Assembly (NCBI GenBank): GCA_002426645.1
Contig: DIRN01000059.1
Coordinates: 821-64,820, forward strand
Direction: 5' to 3'
DNA from: Firmicutes bacterium UBA5435
Lineage (GTDB): Bacteria > Bacillota > UBA5435
DNA: 64,000 nucleotides
Part shown: in pieces, positions 60,801 to 64,000 of the stretch
Numbering within the stretch: position 1 is the stretch's first letter
Layout: each line of letters starts with the position of its first letter
Translations under genes and position numbers: made by a program
Notes under the pieces: generated by a model
What the model was told of the DNA's origin: nothing
Databases searched by the model: none
The model's input: the letters and a program-made list of their open reading frames with translations, nothing else

Positions 60801-61042
60801 TCTATATTGACCTCTTTTTAGAAGCAATAATCAAGTCTTCTATGGTATTGAAGTCCTTTTCAAGTTCCTTTAAGCGTTTCATTACATCTGACAGTTTCCC
60901 AATTATATATAATTGGTTTTTATATACTATCTGTTTGATAATGTCGGCCACCTCCTTAAATAGATTCTGCCTCATTTACTAAATAATATTCATAAAGAAG
61001 ATAAGATATTCATATCCTCCTATAAAAGTGAGGGGAAGTAAT

Positions 61043-61711
61043 TTGAGAGTATTGAATATAACATGTAATGCAAGTGGCGCTGCTGAAGCTGGTAAGCGTG
61101 GAGATGTAGTTGTTATAGTTGATGTTATAGATATGTCAACCACTGCTGAATCTTTTATAGATGTAGGGAACAGTGAGATTTTCGGAGCTAGTTCAGATGG
61201 GGCTAAGGTACCTGTAAGGGTAGATCCAGAATTAATAGGGTATCGTGCTGGTTCATTGGCAGTACAGAAGGGCACAAATGTTATTCTTGTCTCTGAGCCG
61301 CGCACAGGAGATGATGAAGCTAGGATAAGCTCTGCTTCATTAGCTATAAGAGGGGTTTTATCGTCTGGGGCGAAGATATGCGCTGTGCTTCCTAATATAG
61401 GGTGGGAAACACCTAAGATGATAGATGTTAAAGGTGAGGTGCTTCTCTGCACTACTGCATCAGGAGGTTCTTCTTTTGACGCTGCTTATATTAACGGTGC
61501 AAGTGCAGTCATCACTGGGACAGTTGCTAGGAGTATTGGTAAGAAAGGGGATGAGCCTGCACGCGCCAGTGCACTTAGGGCTATAGAACTTGCCACCAGA
61601 CTAGGCGCAAATATAACGGTAGTGGCTGCAAGTTCTAATTCAATTGAAGATATATTAGCTGCAGAGTTCATTGGAAAGATAATAGTATCAGAAGGGTTTC
61701 TGTTGATATAA
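61043..61711 (+). CDS. Hypothetical protein, possibly in the 2-phosphosulfolactate phosphatase (ComB)-like family
   Basis: Gly/Ala/Val-rich. VVIVDVIDMSTTAESFIDVG resembles the ComB DVxRAxTT region, but this is a weak recollection. TTG start at 61043 with a GAGGGGAAG RBS. The antisense ORF 60979-61452 is rejected. Confidence 0.4.
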   Translation: MRVLNITCNASGAAEAGKRGDVVVIVDVIDMSTTAESFIDVGNSEIFGASSDGAKVPVRVDPELIGYRAGSLAVQKGTNVILVSEPRTGDDEARISSASLAIRGVLSSGAKICAVLPNIGWETPKMIDVKGEVLLCTTASGGSSFDAAYINGASAVITGTVARSIGKKGDEPARASALRAIELATRLGANITVVAASSNSIEDILAAEFIGKIIVSEGFLLI

Positions 61712-61859
61712 AGGGGTTACTTAAACTTCTATTTTGTTTACCTATGAGTAATAAACCGTGCACTCTATACATAAAGATTTAAAGAAGGTATTTAACCATT
61801 TTATCCTCCATGGTTTTAATATAATTCTAGCTATAGGTATGTAACAGGGGGTGCACTAG

Positions 61860-62504
61860 GTGAGCATTGCAAGTGGACAAATCAGTAGTATCCTTGAGAA
61901 ACATTTTAAAAAGAATTTCCTTATATATTTCCTTGTATTTATATCTCTCATAATAGGGGTGGTTTTTGGAACAGTTGTAGTAGGGAGGTTAGAACCAGCT
62001 CAGAGTGAGGATGTTTTGGGGTATTTAGAAGAGTTCTTTAAAGGTTATGATTTAAAGAAACTAGACACAAAGGAGGTAGTGGCCAGGGAGAGGGTAATGG
62101 GAAATCTGCAGGTCCTCGGTATTACCTGGCTTTTGGGATTTTCCATCATTGGGACCCCTCTCATTATAATGATTCTTTTTGTGAGAGGATTCATAATCGG
62201 CTTTACCGTAGGGTTCTTAATAAAGGAACTTGTTGCAAAAGGGATTTTCATAGCTATTCTATCTGTTTTACCCCATAATTTACTTTTTTTGCCTGCCTTG
62301 GGTCTTCTCGCTATTGGGGCTTTTTCTTTTGCTTACACCTTTGTTAAGAGTAAAAAGTCACGGTATCGTCCGGTTATATACCATAATATCCTGGGCTATA
62401 CCGGACTGGGTGTTGTTATGTTAATTTTAGGTGTTGGAGCTGGTTTGATTGAAGCATACATAACACCCGTGTTTATGAGTATTATCGCTAAATATTTAAT
62501 TTAA
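61860..62504 (+). CDS. spoIIM: Stage II sporulation protein M (SpoIIM)-family membrane protein
   Basis: A polytopic PF01944-like protein. Its location immediately upstream of xerD matches the Bacillus spoIIM-fur-xerD neighbourhood. Confidence 0.6.
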   Translation: MSIASGQISSILEKHFKKNFLIYFLVFISLIIGVVFGTVVVGRLEPAQSEDVLGYLEEFFKGYDLKKLDTKEVVARERVMGNLQVLGITWLLGFSIIGTPLIIMILFVRGFIIGFTVGFLIKELVAKGIFIAILSVLPHNLLFLPALGLLAIGAFSFAYTFVKSKKSRYRPVIYHNILGYTGLGVVMLILGVGAGLIEAYITPVFMSIIAKYLI

Positions 62505-62740
62505 ACCCTTATAAAGGGGGGAAGAGCCTATGATCACAACCATATCGCTGGTGAAATTCAGGAAACGAGTTCTTCCGATACTTCGTTTTGCTTTAATTGC
62601 AGGCATACTAATAGCAATTGCTATTAGACTTTTCGTGATCTTTTTTCAAAAAAGTGTATAAATAGGAGGAAGGTGTGAAGGAACCTCTAAGATTATGTCG
62701 AACTAATAAATATTAGGAGTTTAATAGTGAGGGGATAAAG

Positions 62741-63631
62741 ATGGCGGAGAAACTTACTGAGGAATTTATTAATTATTTATCAGTGGAGAGAGGATTGGCA
62801 GAAAACACCCTGGAATCTTATGAACGAGACCTTCGCCAATATAGTGAGTTCTTGTTGAAGAAAGGAGAAGGGGGTGTGAGGGGGGCCACCCATGATACCA
62901 TATTGGCGTATGTTTCTACGCTTAAAAGACATGGCTATACTCCTTCTACTATTTCTCGAAAGATAGCTTCCCTTCGGGGCTTTTATCGTTTTTTAACTAG
63001 AGAAAGGTATATAGATAAGGATCCCACTTTGAATCTGGCGTCGCCTCAAATAGAAAAGCAGCTTCCTACGGTTCTCACCACTGAAGAGGTGAATATTCTT
63101 TTGGAGATTCCGGATATTACAACACCTGCAGGACAAAGAGATAAGGCTATGCTTGAGGTGCTCTATGCGACGGGTGTAAGGGTTTCAGAACTTATATCAC
63201 TTAAGAGTTCTGATGTAAACCTTGATATGGGGTATATCCGTTGCTATGGAAAGGGTTCTAAGGAGAGAATAATTCCTATAGGCTCAATTGCAATGAGGTG
63301 GACTAAGGAGTATATGTCTGATGGAAGGGTAAAGCTACTACAAGGAAGTGATTCAGAGATATTATTCCTTAATCGCAGGGGAAGTAAATTAACGAGACAA
63401 GGTTTTTGGAAGATAATAAAGAAGTATGCAAAGGAGGCTAATATAGCCAAAGAGATTACTCCACATACGTTGAGACACTCTTTTGCAACACATCTCCTTG
63501 AGAATGGTGCTGATTTAAGATCAGTACAGGAGATGCTAGGGCATGCAGATATATCAACAACCCAAATTTATACACACCTTACTAGAGGAAAATTGCGGCA
63601 AATATATGATAAGGCACATCCTAGAGCCTAA
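62741..63631 (+). CDS. xerD: Site-specific tyrosine recombinase XerD
   Basis: MAEKLTEEFINYLSVERGLAENTLESYERDLRQY...RDKAMLEVLYATGVRVSEL...HTLRHSFATHLLENGADLRSVQEMLGHADISTTQIYTHL. Confidence 0.9.
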   Translation: MAEKLTEEFINYLSVERGLAENTLESYERDLRQYSEFLLKKGEGGVRGATHDTILAYVSTLKRHGYTPSTISRKIASLRGFYRFLTRERYIDKDPTLNLASPQIEKQLPTVLTTEEVNILLEIPDITTPAGQRDKAMLEVLYATGVRVSELISLKSSDVNLDMGYIRCYGKGSKERIIPIGSIAMRWTKEYMSDGRVKLLQGSDSEILFLNRRGSKLTRQGFWKIIKKYAKEANIAKEITPHTLRHSFATHLLENGADLRSVQEMLGHADISTTQIYTHLTRGKLRQIYDKAHPRA

Positions 63632-63649
63632 TAAGGAGAGATTAAAAGA

Positions 63650-64000
63650 GTTGACTGTATCTAGAATTACCATATTAGTAATGGACAGCGTTGGAGTTGG
63701 AGAATTACCTGATGCAAAGAGATTTGGTGATGAAGGTAGTAATACTCTTGCTAATATAGCTAAGGCAGTTGGAGGTCTCGATCTTCCTAATTTAGCCGAT
63801 ATGGGTCTTGGGAGGATAATAGAGATAGAGGGAGTGCCTCCTGTGGCAGAGCCTCTTGGTAATTTCGGAAAGATGGCGGAGAAGGCAGCTGGAAAAGATA
63901 CAATGACAGGACATTGGGAGATAGCAGGCCTTATATTAGATAAACCCTTCCCAGTTTACCCTAATGGTTTTCCCGAAGATATCATAAATTCTTTTGAGAA
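63650..64000 (+). CDS. deoB: Phosphopentomutase (5' part; runs off the window end)
   Basis: ILVMDSVGVGELPDA...GSNTLANIAKAVGGLDLPNLADMGLG is the canonical DeoB N-terminus. TTG start with an AAGGAGAG RBS. Confidence 0.85.

Noticed and set aside
60979-61452. Minus-strand 157-aa ORF overlapping 61028-61711
   Set aside because: The Ser/Thr/Pro/Ile-rich product is typical of an antisense frame. The plus frame has an RBS and a Gly/Ala/Val-rich globular composition, so the plus ORF was kept.
1-64000. cas genes associated with the CRISPR array
   Set aside because: Every ORF over 100 aa in the window was assigned to another family. None has Cas1, Cas2, Cas3 HD/helicase, Cas5/6/7/8 or Cas10 hallmarks. 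Hence the array is called orphan within this window.

Overview
The window is a 64 kb stretch of an AT-rich (~38% GC), spore-forming Firmicutes chromosome, probably Thermoanaerobacterales/Clostridia-like. 

**Core genes.** Most of the window is a syntenic housekeeping backbone:
- creatininase-family gene, ispF, prsW, yebC, bofC-like, ruvCAB, queH and recO;
- glyQ, glyS, ppdK, a dGTPase-family gene, dnaG and sigA;
- a tRNA-Asn/Met/Glu cluster, then sbcDC, korDABC, trkHA (minus strand), spoIIM, xerD and the start of deoB.

**Left end (about 1-9.2 kb): decaying accessory patch.**
- A more GC-rich P2-type cation ATPase lies on the minus strand. Its roughly 255-nt leader carries a clean sigma-A promoter and a terminator hairpin, which makes it a riboswitch or attenuator candidate.
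- A heavy-metal P1B-ATPase is broken into fragments, with an HMA domain, CPC changed to CPG, a frameshift and truncations.
- A tyrosine integrase is truncated and frameshifted.
- An HNH endonuclease with an unassigned N-terminal domain sits next to a GIY-YIG protein and a small membrane protein.
- A secreted ankyrin-repeat protein and a frameshifted Crp/Fnr regulator complete the patch.
- Imperfect direct repeats at 4227 and 7893 may mark the edges of an integrated-element remnant.

**Middle (29.7-36.1 kb): second Hsp70 module.** A hypothetical protein, a 785-aa TPR protein, a J-like protein with HPD changed to NPE, a GrpE-like protein and a full Hsp70 paralog sit directly upstream of sbcDC. 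Together they look like a non-canonical chaperone module.

**Right half: CRISPR array and fusion protein.**
- A perfect 7-repeat, 6-spacer CRISPR array (48427-48850) has no cas gene anywhere in the window. The repeat is type I-B/III-like and is probably transcribed on the minus strand.
- It is flanked by a fragmented HExxH membrane-protease pseudogene and a 1524-aa secreted protein. That protein fuses an M28-like domain, whose metal ligands look degenerate, to an FtsX-like permease, with no ABC ATPase gene nearby.

All calls come from reading the sequence and its translations by eye. No database search was possible, so family assignments are from recollection of motifs and carry that uncertainty.
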